Shown here one piece after another: positions 35,155 through 48,917 of a DNA stretch of 64,000 bases. Position numbers and translations under genes: made by a program. Position 1 is the stretch's first letter; every line of letters starts with the position of its first letter. Below the pieces are notes generated by a model, which had not been told where the DNA came from, searched no databases, and worked only from the letters and a program-made list of their open reading frames with translations. The DNA is from Pristiophorus japonicus (Eukaryota): positions 25,792,001-25,856,000 of the forward strand of contig NC_091999.1 of the NCBI RefSeq assembly GCF_044704955.1. Direction: 5' to 3'.

Positions 35155-38100
35155 TTTGTATCGGGTGAGTATGCAATGTGTTGTGTGAGTACAGATTAAC
35201 ATTTGTCCGTATATGTTGTTTTGTGTGTACACTTTGTATTGTGTGAAGTCACGATATATTGTGTGAGTAGAACTTGTGTTGCATGAGTACAGCTTGTGTT
35301 GCGTGACTACATCTTGTATTGTGGGAGTACACCATGTATTTATAAGTAAAGCTTTTATTGTGTGAGCACACCTTGTATTGTGTGCGTACTGACTTTGTTG
35401 TATGAATACAGCTTATATAGTGTGAGTATTGATATTATGGTGTGAGTTCACATTTTATATCGTGTGAGTATAACTTTTATGGTGTGAGCACACGTTTTAT
35501 CGTGTAAGTACATCTTGTATTGTGAAAGTAAAGCTTTTGTTGTATGTGTACTCCTTGTATTGTATGAGCACCCCTTTTACTGTATGTGTACACCTTTTAT
35601 TATGTGAGTACACCTTGGGGTTGTGTGCGTAAACCTTGTAATGTGTATGTACACCTTGTATTGTGTGAGAATAGATTGTATTGCGTAATTTCAGCTTGTA
35701 TTGTATAAGTACACCATGTATTATGTGAGTAAAACTTGCTCTCTGATCGGGAGGAGCAGCAGTTGGAGGAGCTAGAGGGAGTGGGAGGATCGAGGTGGAT
35801 AAAAGTTCTGCGGTAGATCGTCAGGAAGAGCAGTCGTAGGAACAGCTGGTGCAGCGTCAAAAATCAAAAAGCAAAATAGAAGTAAAAAGAAATCGAAGGG
35901 TAATGTCACAGCCAAGCGGGTGAGTTTTTGGCTGGTTGATTGTTAAGCATTATTCTTTATCTTTTTCTTTTCTTATCAGTAGGAAACCTTTGGCATTGTT
36001 GCCAAATTATGTTAATCTAAAGGTTAAGTCATGGCAGGAGAGCCCTGAGCCGTGTTCTGCTCCTCCTGTGGTATGTGGGAAGTCAGGGACACTGGCTACT
36101 ATGTGTGCGTGAAGTGTGTCGAGCTACACCTCCTGCCAGGTCGCATTGAGGCACTGGAGCTGCGCATGGATTCACTCTGGAGCATCCGCGATGCTGAGGA
36201 TGTCTTGGATAGCATGTTTGGTGAGTTGGTCACACAGCAGGTAAAGGTGACACAGACAGATAGGGAATGGGTGACCATCAGGAAGAGCAGGGGAAGGAAG
36301 GTAGGGCAGATATACAGTTTTGGATACTGTTGAGGATGGTGGCTCATCAGGGAAATGGAGCAGCAGCCAAGTTCATGGCAGCAGGGGTAACTGTGCTGCG
36401 CAGGTGGACTGGAAAAAGAGTGGAAGGTATATAGTGAGAGGAGATTCTATTATAAGAGGAAGAGATAGGCGTTTCTGCGGCCGCAAACGAGACTCCAGAG
36501 TAGTATGTTGCCTCCCTGGTGCAAGGGTCAAGGGTGTCTTGGAGCGGGTGCAGGGCATTGTGGAGGGGGAGGGTGAACAGCCAACTATCGTGGTGCATAT
36601 AGGTAGCAACAATATAGGTAAAAAACTGGATGACATTCTACAAGCTGAATTTAGGGAGCTAAGAGTTAAATTTAAAAGTCGGGCCTCAAAGGTAGAATCT
36701 CAGGTTTGCAATCAGTGCCACGTGCTATTCAGAGTTGGAACAGCAGTATAGTTCAAATGAATACGTGGCTTGAGGACTGGGGCAAGGGGTAGGTATTCAA
36801 ATACCTGGGACATTGGAACCGGTTGTGTGGGAGATGGGACCAGTACAAACCGGATGGTCTGCACCTGGGCATGACCGGGACCGAGTTCCTAGGTGGTGTG
36901 TTTGCTAGTGCTGTTGGCGAGTGTTTAACCGAATATGGCAGGGGGATGGGGATCTATGTAGGGAGGCAGAGGGAAGTAAAAAGGCGGCAGAAGCAAAAGA
37001 TAGGAAGGAGAAAAGTAAGAGTGGAGGGCAGAGAAATCAAAAAGCGGCATATTAAAATATAATTCTAAAGGACAAAGAGTTTTAAAAAAACAAGCCTGAA
37101 GGCTTTGAGTCTCAATGCGAGGAGCATTCATAATAAGGTGGATGAATTAACAGCGCAGATAGCTTTTAACGGATATAATGTAATTGGGAATTTCGGAGAC
37201 ATGGCTCCAGGGTAACCAGGGCTGGGAACACAACATCCATTGGTATTCAATATTCAGGAAGGATAGACAGAAAGGAAAAGCAGGTGGGGTAGCGTTCCTG
37301 ATTAAAGAGGAGATTAACACAATAGTAAGGCAGGACATTACCTTGACTGATGTGGAATCTATATGGATACAGCTGCGAAACACCAAATGTCAGAAAATGT
37401 TTTCGGGAATTATGTACAGACCACCAAACAGTAGTAGTGAGCGTGGGGATGGGAAGAAACAAGAAATTAGGGATGCGTGCAATACAGGTACAGCAGTTAT
37501 CATTGATGACTTAAATCTACATATGGACTGGGTAACCAAACTGGTAGCAGTACTGTGGAGGAGGATTTCCTGGAGTGTATTTGGGATGGTTTTCTATACC
37601 AATATGTCGATGAATCAACTAAAGAGCAGTCCATCCTAGATTGGATCTTGTGTAATGAGGAAGGATTAATTAGCAATCTTGTCATGCGAGGGGAAGAGTG
37701 ACCATAATATGGTATAATTCTTCATTAAGAAGGATAATGTCACAGTTAATCCAGAGTCTAGGGTCCTGAACTTAAAGAAAGGTAATTTCGATGGTATGAG
37801 ACATGAATTGGCTAGGATAGAGTGGCGAATTATATTTAAAGGGTTGATGGTAGATAGGCAATGGCCGACATTTAAAGATCACATGGATGAACTACAACAA
37901 TTGTACATCCCTGTCTGGCATTAAAATAAAACGGGGACGGAGGCTCAGCCGTGGTTAACACGGGGAATTGTGGATATTGTTAAATCCAAGGAAGAGGCAT
38001 ATAAATTGGCCAGAAAAAGTAGCAAACCTGAGGACTGGAAGAAATTTAGAATTCAGTAGAGAAAGACAAAGGGTTTAATTTTGAGGGGTAGTGGGATACC

Positions 38101-40128
38101 GCAAGTTTCAGTGCTGGGACCCCAACTATTTACAATATATATTAATGATTTAGACGAAGGAATTGAATGTAATATCTCCAACTTTTCAGATAACACTAAG
38201 CTGGGTGGCAGTGTGAGCTGTGAGGAGGATACTAAGAGGCTGCAGGTTGAATTCGCCGGATAAGTGAGTGGAAAAATGCATGGCAGATTGAGTAAAATAT
38301 GGAGAAGTGTGAGCTTATCCACTTTGGTGGCAAACATAGGAAGGCAAATTATTATCTGAATGGTGAAATATTAGTAAAAGGGGAGGTGCAACGAAACCTG
38401 GGCATCATGGTACATCAGTCATTAAAATAGGCAGGCATGTACAGCAGACAGTAAAGAAAACAAATGGCATGTTGGCCTTCATAGCATGAGGATTTGAATA
38501 TGGGAGCAGGACGGTCTTGCTGCAGTTGTACAGGGCCTTGCTGAGACCACACCCTGAGTATTGTGTGCAGTTTTGTCTCCTAATCTGAGGAAGGACTTTC
38601 TTGCTTTTGCGGGTGTGAAGCGAAGGTTAACCGGACTGATTCCCGGGATGGCAGGACAGACATATGAAGAAAGGTTGGATCAATTGGCTTATATTCACTG
38701 GAATTTAGGAGAATGAGAGGGAATGTCATCGAAGTATATAAAATTCTGACGAGATTGGTCAGGTCGGATGCACGAACATTGTTCCCGATGTTGGGGAAGT
38801 CCAAAACCAGGTGTCACAGTCTAATGAAAAGGGTTAAGCCATATAGGACCGTGATGAGGAGAAGTTTTTACACCCAGAATATCGTGAACCTATGGAATTC
38901 TCTACCACAGAAAGCTTTTGAGTCCAGTTCGTTGGATATATTCAAAAGGGAGTTAGATTTGGCCATTACGGCTAAAGGGATCAGGGGGTATGGAGAGAAG
39001 GCAGTAATGGGGTACTGAAATTGCATTATCAGCCCTGATCATATTGAATGGTGGTGCAGTCTCGAAGTTCCGAATGGGCTGCTCCTGCACCTATTTTCTC
39101 TGGTTTCTATGTTTCTACACATTGTATTGTGTGTGCACACCTTGTATTTTGCGAGGACAATCAGAGTTGCATGAGTACATCTTGTATTGTGTACGTACAC
39201 GTTGTACTGTGTGAGTAAACCTTGGATTTCGTGAGTACATTTTGTATTTTGTGAGCACTTTGCACTTTGTGAGTACACCTCGCATTTTGTGCGTATGCCT
39301 TGTATCATGTGAGTAAACCTTGTATCGTGTGAATACATCTTGTATTGTGTGATTACACCTTGTATTGTGTGATTACACCTTGTATTGTGAATACACCTTG
39401 AATTGTGTGAATACATCTTGTATTGTGAATTGACCTTGTATTGCGTGATTACACCTTGTATTGTGTGATTACAACTTGTAATGTGATTACCCTTGTATTG
39501 TTAGTGTACAGCTTGTATTGTGTGATTACACTTTGCATTATGTGAATACACCTTGTATTGTGTGAGTACATCCCGTAATCTGCCAGTTCACGTTTTATTG
39601 TGTGAGAATAAATTGGAATATTTGAGTACACATTGTATTGTGTGAGTACACATTTTATTGAACGAGTACATCTTGTATTGTGCGAGTACATCTTGTATTG
39701 TATGAGTACACCTTGTATTGTGTGAGTACATCTTGTATTGTGTGAATATATATTGTATTGTGGCAGTACACTTTAAAGCAGGTGAGTACACATTGTATTG
39801 TATAAGTAGACATTGTATTGTGTTAGCACATCTTCTATTGTGCGAGTACATCTTGTATTGTGTGAATATATTATCTATTGTGTGAGTACAGCTTCTATTG
39901 TGTGAGTACATCATGTATTGTGTGAGAATCCATTGTAATGTGTGACTGCAACTTGCATTGTCAGTTTATGCATCTTGTGTTGTGTGAGTACACCATGTAT
40001 TTTGTGAGGATACATTGTATTGTGTGATTTCACCTTGTATTGTGTGAGTAGTGCTTATATTGTGTGTGTACACCTTGTATTGTCTACCGACACGTTATTT
40101 TGTATTAGTACACCTTGTATTGTGTGAC
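35155..40128. repeat. 20-bp tandem array (TGTGAGTACACCTTGTATTG)n split by a CR1 insertion
   Basis: Units at 35155-35738 and 39118-40128. Confidence 0.9.
35742..39117 (+). mobile_element. CR1 LINE retaining both ends (5' UTR, ORF1, endonuclease, RT C-terminus, 3' tail), internally deleted and decayed
   Basis: ORF1 ATG at 36031 (MAGEP..VFCSSCGMWEV; GDSIIRG and VVHIGSNNIG SGNH esterase motifs); GISETWL and YRPPNS endonuclease motifs; abrupt jump to GIPQVSVLGP at about 38090; tail tttctatgtttcta. Confidence 0.92.
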
Positions 40129-40639
40129 TTCAATAGAAATACAAATTGGGATGCTGGAGTTTTGCCAGCGCACAGAGGACGGGATCGGTGGAGTGTCAGC
40201 TATCAAAATAAAAACATTGACAGTGGGTTGGGACGGAGCACCATGCTACTTTCACAGATGTCCGGTCTGTAAACTCTCAGCAGACCCGCCACGCTGCAGC
40301 AGGCAAGGCAATTTAGGTCATTGTGACCTTGTTAAGTGTTTATTAAAAAGAATGTTGAGCTGAACTTCCCATTTTGCCAGGTTTTCAATGAGATTCACAC
40401 GGCTCGGGAAGCAGGACTTCGGGCGATCTGTTACCATGAATTCATTTCTTTACCTGTTAGCTACAAATATGTTGTAATACTCCCATCTCACAGCTGTTTG
40501 TATTTCAAGATTAAAACGTCTTGCTTACTGGGTTTGGGAGGCACATTGAACTTTGTGGACGTTGCACGTCCTTGGAACAATCTCTCATTGGAAGTTTCAC
40601 ATTCGGAACAATCTCTCACCATTGATAGATCACTTCTGT

Positions 40640-41760
40640 CCTCTCAAGGTCACTTGCCATCGATTACATTAGCCTTTGGCAATTTAAGCTTTCTCACCTT
40701 GCTCCTCTGAATCCCATCACGATTAGCGCCAGCACCATAATCACAATTAACACTAGCAGCACCAACAACAACATCCTTCTCCGCAATCAACTGATGCTGC
40801 ACAGGAGAGAGGGCATCAGAACTCGGCCATATTGCTGACCAGGACGGGAGGGATGGCCTGACCATGATTTACTTCAGCAGACTCTGTACATCCTGCCTGT
40901 CACATAATGCGCCATTTTGACACCACTCCAAAAGAACATCATACAGCGTCGTTACAGTGCCAAAGCCACAGCTTTCGCACTCGTTGCCATTGCGGGGGGT
41001 ACCGTTATGTTTCAACATTCACACAGCTCATAGCATCACATCTGAAGATGCGCATAAATCTGTCCAAGAACACAAAGTGATGAAATTAAAGGTGTCAATG
41101 TTTGACAGCACATTAACAGAAACCTTGAATGATCATTGGCTAAACCACACATGCCTACCCTTGTGTGTTGTTAGTTGGTATAATTGCAACAGGATGAGGG
41201 TGAGTATGGGGCGTGGCTAGCGAGATGGAGAAGTTATAATGTAGATAGAGAGGGATAGGTGGATGTGCAAGGAAAGTTGATGTGCGTAAGAATGTGCAGG
41301 AAGTGATGGGGCTGTGGTGAGTGGCACAGCAGGATAAGGTTGAGAATGGCTTTGCAATAAAGTGTGTGATCCACTTAGATCATGGAAAGATTTTCACCAC
41401 TGCAGTCTGGTCCTGCTGACGATATCACTGCCTTTGATTCCACTGCAATATGCAACCGTGTTGATTTGGTTTCCTGGGGAGGTCGCCCCTGCCCATAGTC
41501 AGTAACGAAAACGTCTCTCTGTGCTGCATTGGAGAGCCAGGGTGAAGCCGTGCATCTTTCTGCAGTGCGTGTCACTGTTTGTAGCTATTCAATGCTGTGG
41601 AACACTCAGAGCACAACTATTAAATTCAATTTCGAAAAGGACCCTTTCAGGAAACCGTCTGATGACGCGTCGCCAAATGACGTCATCAGGCCCCCTTCTT
41701 TCAAACCGCCCGAGCAATGCTCTGGGCGGGCTTAACAAGCTTAATCAATGGATAATCTAA
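40640..41760 (-). mobile_element. Probable relic of a PIF/Harbinger DNA transposon (Myb/SANT ORF fragment)
   Basis: 41375-41560 translates as RDVFVTDYGQGRPPQETKSTRLHIAVE..., ending near a degenerate FHDL, reminiscent of Harbinger Myb-like proteins. Heavily decayed. Confidence 0.4.
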
Positions 41761-44700
41761 TCGACATAACTGGCTGGAGCCAGCAGCGATATCGGAACCT
41801 GCACGGAGCCACTGAGGTAGGCGAAATTGCGGCCATAAAACGAGCTGCAGGTTCATTATCAGCCGCTTTACACTACCTCTTGAAGTGAAGATGTGCCTGC
41901 TTGAAATGATTATGGGTGAAATTGGTCTTTCATGGTTGAGGTAATCACTAAACAGTTTTACAATTCTCCCGGTTATCTGCCCATTGACATCGAAGGAGAA
42001 GAAATTACGATTGAGCATATAACAGGTGGCCTATTCGCTACAGCCCGTCACTAATTTCACCCCAGTGTTCCTTCTGATTTTTATATTCCCGTGTTGCTAA
42101 GGACGGAGGCAATTTACAATATCCAGGTGTATATATCGCCCGGTATACGCAGTGCCTGACATTCAGTGTCTAACACCTGAGATGATATCTTCGGCCCTGA
42201 CTTTCAATATTGAGGTAGGATTGCAATTTGCAGCTATTACCTAAAACTGGCATCGCTGATCACTTGTCCTTATGGAAGCTGGTCGATTTTCATTTCCAGC
42301 TCCAACACCAAGCTGCTCAGTTGGGATCGACCTTTTGTGTTCCACGTTCTACATATCTCAATCAATGCAAGCAGTCTGTTTCTCGCTCCCTTGTCCTATC
42401 TTTTCATAATTTGAAACATTTCTATCACATCATCCCATAATTAGGGTTCTAATCAATAAAAAAAACAATTTTGGAAGATTTATTGATATTTGTATACCAT
42501 CATGCCAATCAGCATCGCGTGATTTTCTCTCTCTATTGCCTCACTATCCTTCCTATACTGCAATACTTTATACCGTATTCTTAACTAAATCTCGTTAACC
42601 ATGCTTTCCGTATACTAACTCCAACCATCAGTTTCATCCATCATGCCCTGTGCTTGCTGACCTACACGAGTTCCTGGTCGAACAACGCTTTGATTTGAAC
42701 GTTCTCACCGTTGGCCAAATCGTTCCATTGCACCACACCTCCAGACTTTGTAACCTCCTTCAGCCCTACCATCTTTGATCATGAATGTATTCCTTCAATT
42801 ATGGCCTATCCCCCATCCCCAATGTTCTTCATTCCACCATTGGTGGCCATGCCTTCAGCTCCCTAGTCGTTAAGCTTTGGAATTCTCTCTCGAACCGTGC
42901 TATCTCTCTCTCGTCATGAAAGACGCTCCTTAAACCTATCTCTCTGATCAAGCATTTGGTTATCGTTCCGTATATTTGGCTCAGCATGATACTCCTGTGA
43001 AGCGTCTTGGGACGCTTTACTACGTTAAATTCGCTATATAAATGCAATTTCTTGTATTATATAGTTTCATTATTATCTCTTGGCTTTTATTTTCTATTCC
43101 ACTAGAGATAAAATCTCGGGGTTTATCCCCATTTAATTAGTTGCTTCTATTATTGGGGATTGCAATCTTCAATATTTTCGTTGTCGTACAGTGTGCATGA
43201 AAAGACAACATTGAAAAGTTGCACATGAGTAACAGATGGGTCCCCGGTTGTAAGGAACATTCGACATGTAAGGGTTGATGTGTAGGTCATTGGTGAGGAA
43301 TTTATCATTTCTGGTGAAGGGCCTGTAACCGAAGCCAGGTTCTTTCTGTCTTCTTTATAGATGCTAATTGAGTTGTTGTGCATTTCCATCTCAGTGGTTT
43401 ATTTTCAGAGCTGCAACATTTGCAGTTTCATTTCAGAGGGTTTTGGTTCATTTTTGTTACCCACTTTTGATTGTTATTTCTCATAATGCGCTAATTTTGG
43501 CCTTTAAATCGGATCTTTCGTCGGCTTCTAGTGGGTTTCCTAGCAGAAATGATTGCGTTGCTGATAATGAAAGACTGAATATAAACTGAATACAGACTAC
43601 ATTTTGTAAACCAATGTAGATATCAGACGAGAACGATCACATGTATCGGATAGAATTTTTAAAAAGTGAGGCTGTTAAATCAATTATTCAATCAATGATT
43701 ACATTTATCGAGTAAGTTAACTTAAGTGATTATGTTTAATTTATACAATAATTATTAATTGAGAGAGTCAGTATCACTATCAAATAAGGTGAATAGTTTA
43801 TTTACTGGATAGAACGTTGTTCAGGTATGGCTGCTTAGTGTTAATGGGTAATTTCACGATGCACGATTCTGAGACACTCCTGATGGCCAGAAGTGGATGA
43901 GCAAGGAAGATGGCATGGAAGACATGCTGCTTGCGCGTTCAGCATAAAACCGGGCTAGATAACCGAGGAGTGATGGGTTTGAGAGGAAAATCGTTAAGGC
44001 TGAGTAGACAGAATTAGAATTTAACATGGATCAAAGGACCAGTGTTTAAGACATAATGAACGTTGAGGGAGTCAGAGGGGTCGACATTCATCGGGGAAGC
44101 TGGAACAGGTCTTGAAACGGTCATTAGGGTGAGCGTTGGGCACAGGGCCAAGTCGTAGGCCAGTAGAACAAAACAAGTTTTGGCTAAGATTTATTTAAAA
44201 AGTGTACATTAGTAGCCACGCGTAATTAAATAAACTATAAATAAGTTTGATGTTTTTGTCTTGTAAATATTATATTTAGTTGCAAAGAGAAGCTATAATA
44301 TTTTAGTGATAGATGAACATTTGATATAAAACAATAAGCTGCATGAAATTTCCATTTAAATATGTTCGCATCTAATTGAGTGTGACACAAAACTCTGAGA
44401 AAAAATTGAGATAGAAAGAGTGATGAACAGGAAATTCACGTGACATGTAGCGTCCGGATATTGGGAGATCTCAACCCAGAAGCAGCATCGGGACACCCGT
44501 TTGGTGACCCGAATTGCCGGCCTGGCGTAAATGAGGCCGTTGCTTCAAAATCACAGGGACAGCACTGATCTTCGACTTCAACTCGACCTTCCCGTACTAT
44601 CACCATATCTCTTGATACCTCCAATATGCAAAAATCTAGCGATTGCAATCTTGAATAATAATATGCTAAACATATTTTTGCTTGCTCTTGGTGACTAAAG

Positions 44701-45372
44701 GAAAGTGACTTTCCATTTTTACATGTTGGCAAATGTTTGTGCGAATTTATTTCATTACATTAATAGAAACTGCTAACTATTTACTGACACAATTCCGGCA
44801 TAAAGGGCGTTATAGCGCTTTAGTTTGATGTTACACAGCTGCTCACTTTACACTATAAAAAATCGCCAAATCTTCAACCAACTATTTTCCTCAAATTCAG
44901 TAACGGTTTCTATTTAACTAGGAATAATAATACTGAATCAGTGTTGTAGGACTGGGGTGAATTCCTACTTTTGCTGCCAGGCAAAAAATGTGTCGCAGGC
45001 AATCCCAGCCCCTTTTGCACACCAATCTATTTTCATCGACTTTGCCCATTATAATGATCGCTGTTTGTGTTAAACATTGAAGTAAATCGAAATGAAACGC
45101 AGCCAATGCTACACTCTTGATAAAGTATAAGGATCCATCATCTCTTGAACAGAGCATTCGCGCACACATTCCCCCTCCCATTTCTCTATCTGCACATATA
45201 TATCGAAAATCTATAACCACACATATTCTCGAACTTTTTTACTTTATTAATATTGACAGAACATGCAAGTATGTCATACTTCTACACTTACTATTAGGAT
45301 ACCCACCGGTTTATAAGAACTATGGATCAACCCAGGATAATTCTCAGCACGGAGTGCAAAAGGATAACTGAT

Positions 45373-47155
45373 GGGGCCAAATTGCCCATTTTTAGAGGCC
45401 CGTTAGTGCCTCCAGGGGTGCCAACGGGGCAAAAGACAATTTTCGCAAGGGGTGGGGGACACTCCTGGCTCCTGCTAAATTGCACGGGAATTTGGAGAAC
45501 GCTTCCCGCAAGGCTGGCGCGCGCTGCAGCCAGAAGTTAAAGGTAATGTCGCCAGAGCCCGGCAACATCATCTTCCTCGTTTTGACAACTCTAGGGTTAG
45601 CACTACATGTCCCCCTCTGGCATGGTCAAAGGGTACTGCACAAAATAAAGTTCACTTGGTTGTGACATGTAAAGAGGATTGGCTAACCAGCAGAGAACAG
45701 AGTGTCGGGATGAATGGTTCATTCTCTGGTTGGCAACCAGTAACTAGTGGGGTGCCGCAGGGATCAGGCTGGGACCCCAACTATTTACAATCTATATTAA
45801 TGACTTGAAAGAAAGGACTGAGTATTACGTAGCCACGTTTGCTGACGATAAAAAGATGAGAGGAAAACAAATGTGTGAGTGGGATACAAAAAATCTGCAA
45901 AAGAACATTGAAATGCGAAGTGAGTGGGCAAAAAATTTGGCAGATGGAGTAAAATGTTCGAAAGTGTGAGACAGTTTGGCATAAAAAAATCAAAGAGCAA
46001 GTCATTATTTGAATGGCAAAAGATTGCAAAGTGCCGCAGTACAGCGGGACCTGGGCGTAATTGAACATGAAATACAAAAGGATAGTACGCAGGTACAGCA
46101 AGTGATCAGTAAGGCCAATGGTATCTTGGGCTTTATTGCAAAGGGGATGGAGTATAAAGACAGGGAAGGCTTGCTACAGCTATAAAATGTTTTGGTGAGG
46201 CCTCCCCTGGAACACTGTGTGCAGATTTGGTTTCCATATATACGCAAGGGTATCATTGCTTTGCAGGCAGTTCAGAGAAGTTTCACTAGGTTGCTTCCGA
46301 GAATTCTGGAGTTGATTTATGAGGAAAGGCTGAGAAGGTTGGCCCTATATTCTATGGAGTTCAAAAGAAGGAGAGGTGATCTTATCGAAACGTATAAGAT
46401 TATGATCGTGTTTGACAAAATGCATGGAGAGAGACTGTTTCCACTGATGGGGGAGACTAGAACTAGGGGGTATGATCTTAGAATAAGGGGCCGCCCATTT
46501 AAAACAAAGATGAGGAGGAATTTATTCTCTCAGAGGGTTGTAAATCTATGGACATCGCTGCCTCAGAGAGCTGTGGAAGCTGGGATACTGAATAATTTTA
46601 AGTCAGAAATAGACAGTTTCTTAAACGATAAGGGGATAAGGGGTTATGGGGAGCGGGTGGGGATGTGGAGTTGAGTCCATCATCAGATGAGCCATGAACT
46701 TATTGAATGACAATGCAGGCTCGAGGGGCCGTTTCACCTACTTCTGTTCCTCTTTTTTATGTTCTTATGTTCTTATGGTCCTAGCCACCATCGTGGAGCC
46801 CGTTATTCTCTTTTGGATGCCAGGCTGCAGGACCGGTACCACGCAGTCCTGGTGGTTTAGTGGAGACCACCAGAGGCGTGAAAAGTGCACAGAGGCCCTC
46901 CCCTTTAGGCGAAGGGTAGGGGCATTAAACCGCATCAGCGTTATGTGGAGCATCTGTGTAGCGCTGCACTACTCACCCTGTTAGCGCAGCTGGTACCGCC
47001 ACTAAAATAAGTGGAACGCGCGAGTTTGCACTCCACTTCATTTGAGCGGCAATAAGCCAAATTCTGCAACCGGGGCGGGACTTCCATACTGGGCGCAGGA
47101 TTTCCCAACCCCAGCTGGTTACCACCCCAATCAGGGTGCAGGGCAATTTCGCTCC
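45373..47155. mobile_element. Non-autonomous TIR element interrupted by a CR1
   Basis: GGGGCCAAATTGCCC (45373-45387) and GGGCAATTTCGCTCC (47141-47155) form a 13/15 inverted repeat; GC-rich interior on both sides of the CR1. Confidence 0.55.
45670..46776 (+). mobile_element. CR1 3' fragment
   Basis: ORF 46192..46674 (VRPPLEHCVQIW, RRRGDLIETYK, SQRVVNLW); gttcttat tail. Confidence 0.92.
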
Positions 47156-47820
47156 GTGAGCTTTCGCCGATTTATACACCTAGATGTGAGATCAGTCGCT
47201 CTGAACCTATCAATTCTGAGATTATTCTCATGTCGTGTTTCTGTTGTCATGTGCCACATCACCTGTAAATGGAAATGTGGCACCATAGACACTCCAGTCT
47301 CGCTGGGGTTATAGTTGTGTTTATGTAGAATATATAGAGATTGTTTGGTTATAAAGATCAGAAGTAAACCGAATCGAGAACAGTTTGGAGGCGTGTTAGC
47401 TCCACACAAGCGAGAAATCTTACACATACCCTTTGATGCTCCTTAAATTGCATTAACATGAATCCTCCTGCTTACTGAGTATGCTCTTGTAGTATCCCAA
47501 TGGTCTCATCTAAACCGTGGTCGGCTCTATCAAATAATACATTCTCATAATACCAACTTATTAATACTGACGATTGTATTTTAAGTTACTTTCCTGTTAC
47601 ATTATACTGTATCCTACAGTTGACAACTAATTATCGGGAAAAATGTCGAGATACAGGTGACACTGGAAACGCACTAATAGTTTTTGGGGTATCTTTTGTA
47701 AACGGTGTTCTGCTGTGGTTGGATGAAGTCTCAAAATGTCACAGAATAACTGTCACACTTATGTGTTTGCTGAATCTTTGACTGGTAGCTTCCCAATGTT
47801 AACTTTCTTCTTAGTCTCAG

Positions 47821-48728
47821 TTAATTTAGTGGCAATTGTGATCCTGTCCCAAGGAAGGTGCGGTCTCTCCAGATGTACCACTCGGTACCTTGTGTCCATG
47901 GCGGTGACGGATCTTCTGGTCATTATCACAGCTGTGATATTCAATCGGATTTGTGGCATTTATTTTCCAGGTAGTTTTTTGTCCCTGACCCCGGCGTGTA
48001 CTCTATGTCCTGTGGTAATTTATGCAGCCACGGAGAGTTCGGTCTGGTTAACGGTCGCTTTCACCTTTGATCGATTTGTAGCCATTTGTTGCCAGAAGCT
48101 GAAAACAAATTATTGCACCGAGAAAACAGCGGCTGTGGTTATAGGAACGGTCTGTTTACTGAGCTGTTTAAAAAGCGTTCCTTGGTACTTTATATACGAA
48201 CCGCTCTATATAATCAACAAGGTCCCGTAGTTTTGAAATATTAAATCAACCTTCTACACTTCACTCGTGTGGATAGCGTATGATTGGTTTGCTCGTCTTT
48301 TCAATACAGGCCTCCCATTCTTCCTGATCTTGCTGCTGAATGCTCTGACCGTCAGACACATTGTAGCAGCCAACAGAGCCCGCAGGAGGCTCCGGACCCA
48401 CATCAATGGAAAGAACGAGAGTGACCCAGAGATGGAAAGCCGGAGAAAGTCCATCATTTTACTCTTCACCGTCTCGGGCAGTTTAATCCTGTTATGGATG
48501 ACGTATGTTGTAGATTTCTTGTACGTGAAAATTACAAACGGATCTTATTTCGCAGGTTCCAATTTCAATGAACCCAATTTAATTCGCCAGGAAAGTAGAA
48601 ACATGCTCCAGCTCCTAAGTTGCTGCACCAACACGTGTATTTATGCAGTGAACCAGAAAAAATTTAGGGAGAAGTTAAAGCATGCGGCAAAATATTTTTG
48701 CAATCGAATTGTAAATTTAGTAAACTAG
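47821..48728 (+). pseudogene. Rhodopsin-family GPCR, GPR139/GPR142-like, main coding exon
   Basis: tctcag acceptor, then NLVAIVILSQGRCGLS, LVSMAVTDLL (TM2), TVAFTFDRFVAIC (TM3), LPFFLILLLN (TM5), RRKSIILLF (TM6) and CCTNTCIY (TM7). In-frame stops TAG (48228-48230) and TGA (48234-48236). First exon not confidently located; possible relic at about 47643-47695. Confidence 0.88.
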
Positions 48729-48917
48729 AAAAGCTTTAAGAGTCGGCTTCAATTACTACTCGGATTATATCTTGGTGTCTTTCTTTTCTTCGGCCTGACA
48801 TTCTGTCATGACATTGGTCTTTGTCGGCCTTGTAAAATGTGCAGCCGATTCGCTATTGCCAGCTTTGCACTACCGCTCCCTTCAAGACTGTCCCCTTCGT
48901 CCGTGACGATTTTCCCC

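Noticed and set aside
43150-44732. Short ORFs in apparently unique DNA
   Set aside because: No recognisable domain or convincing splice structure.
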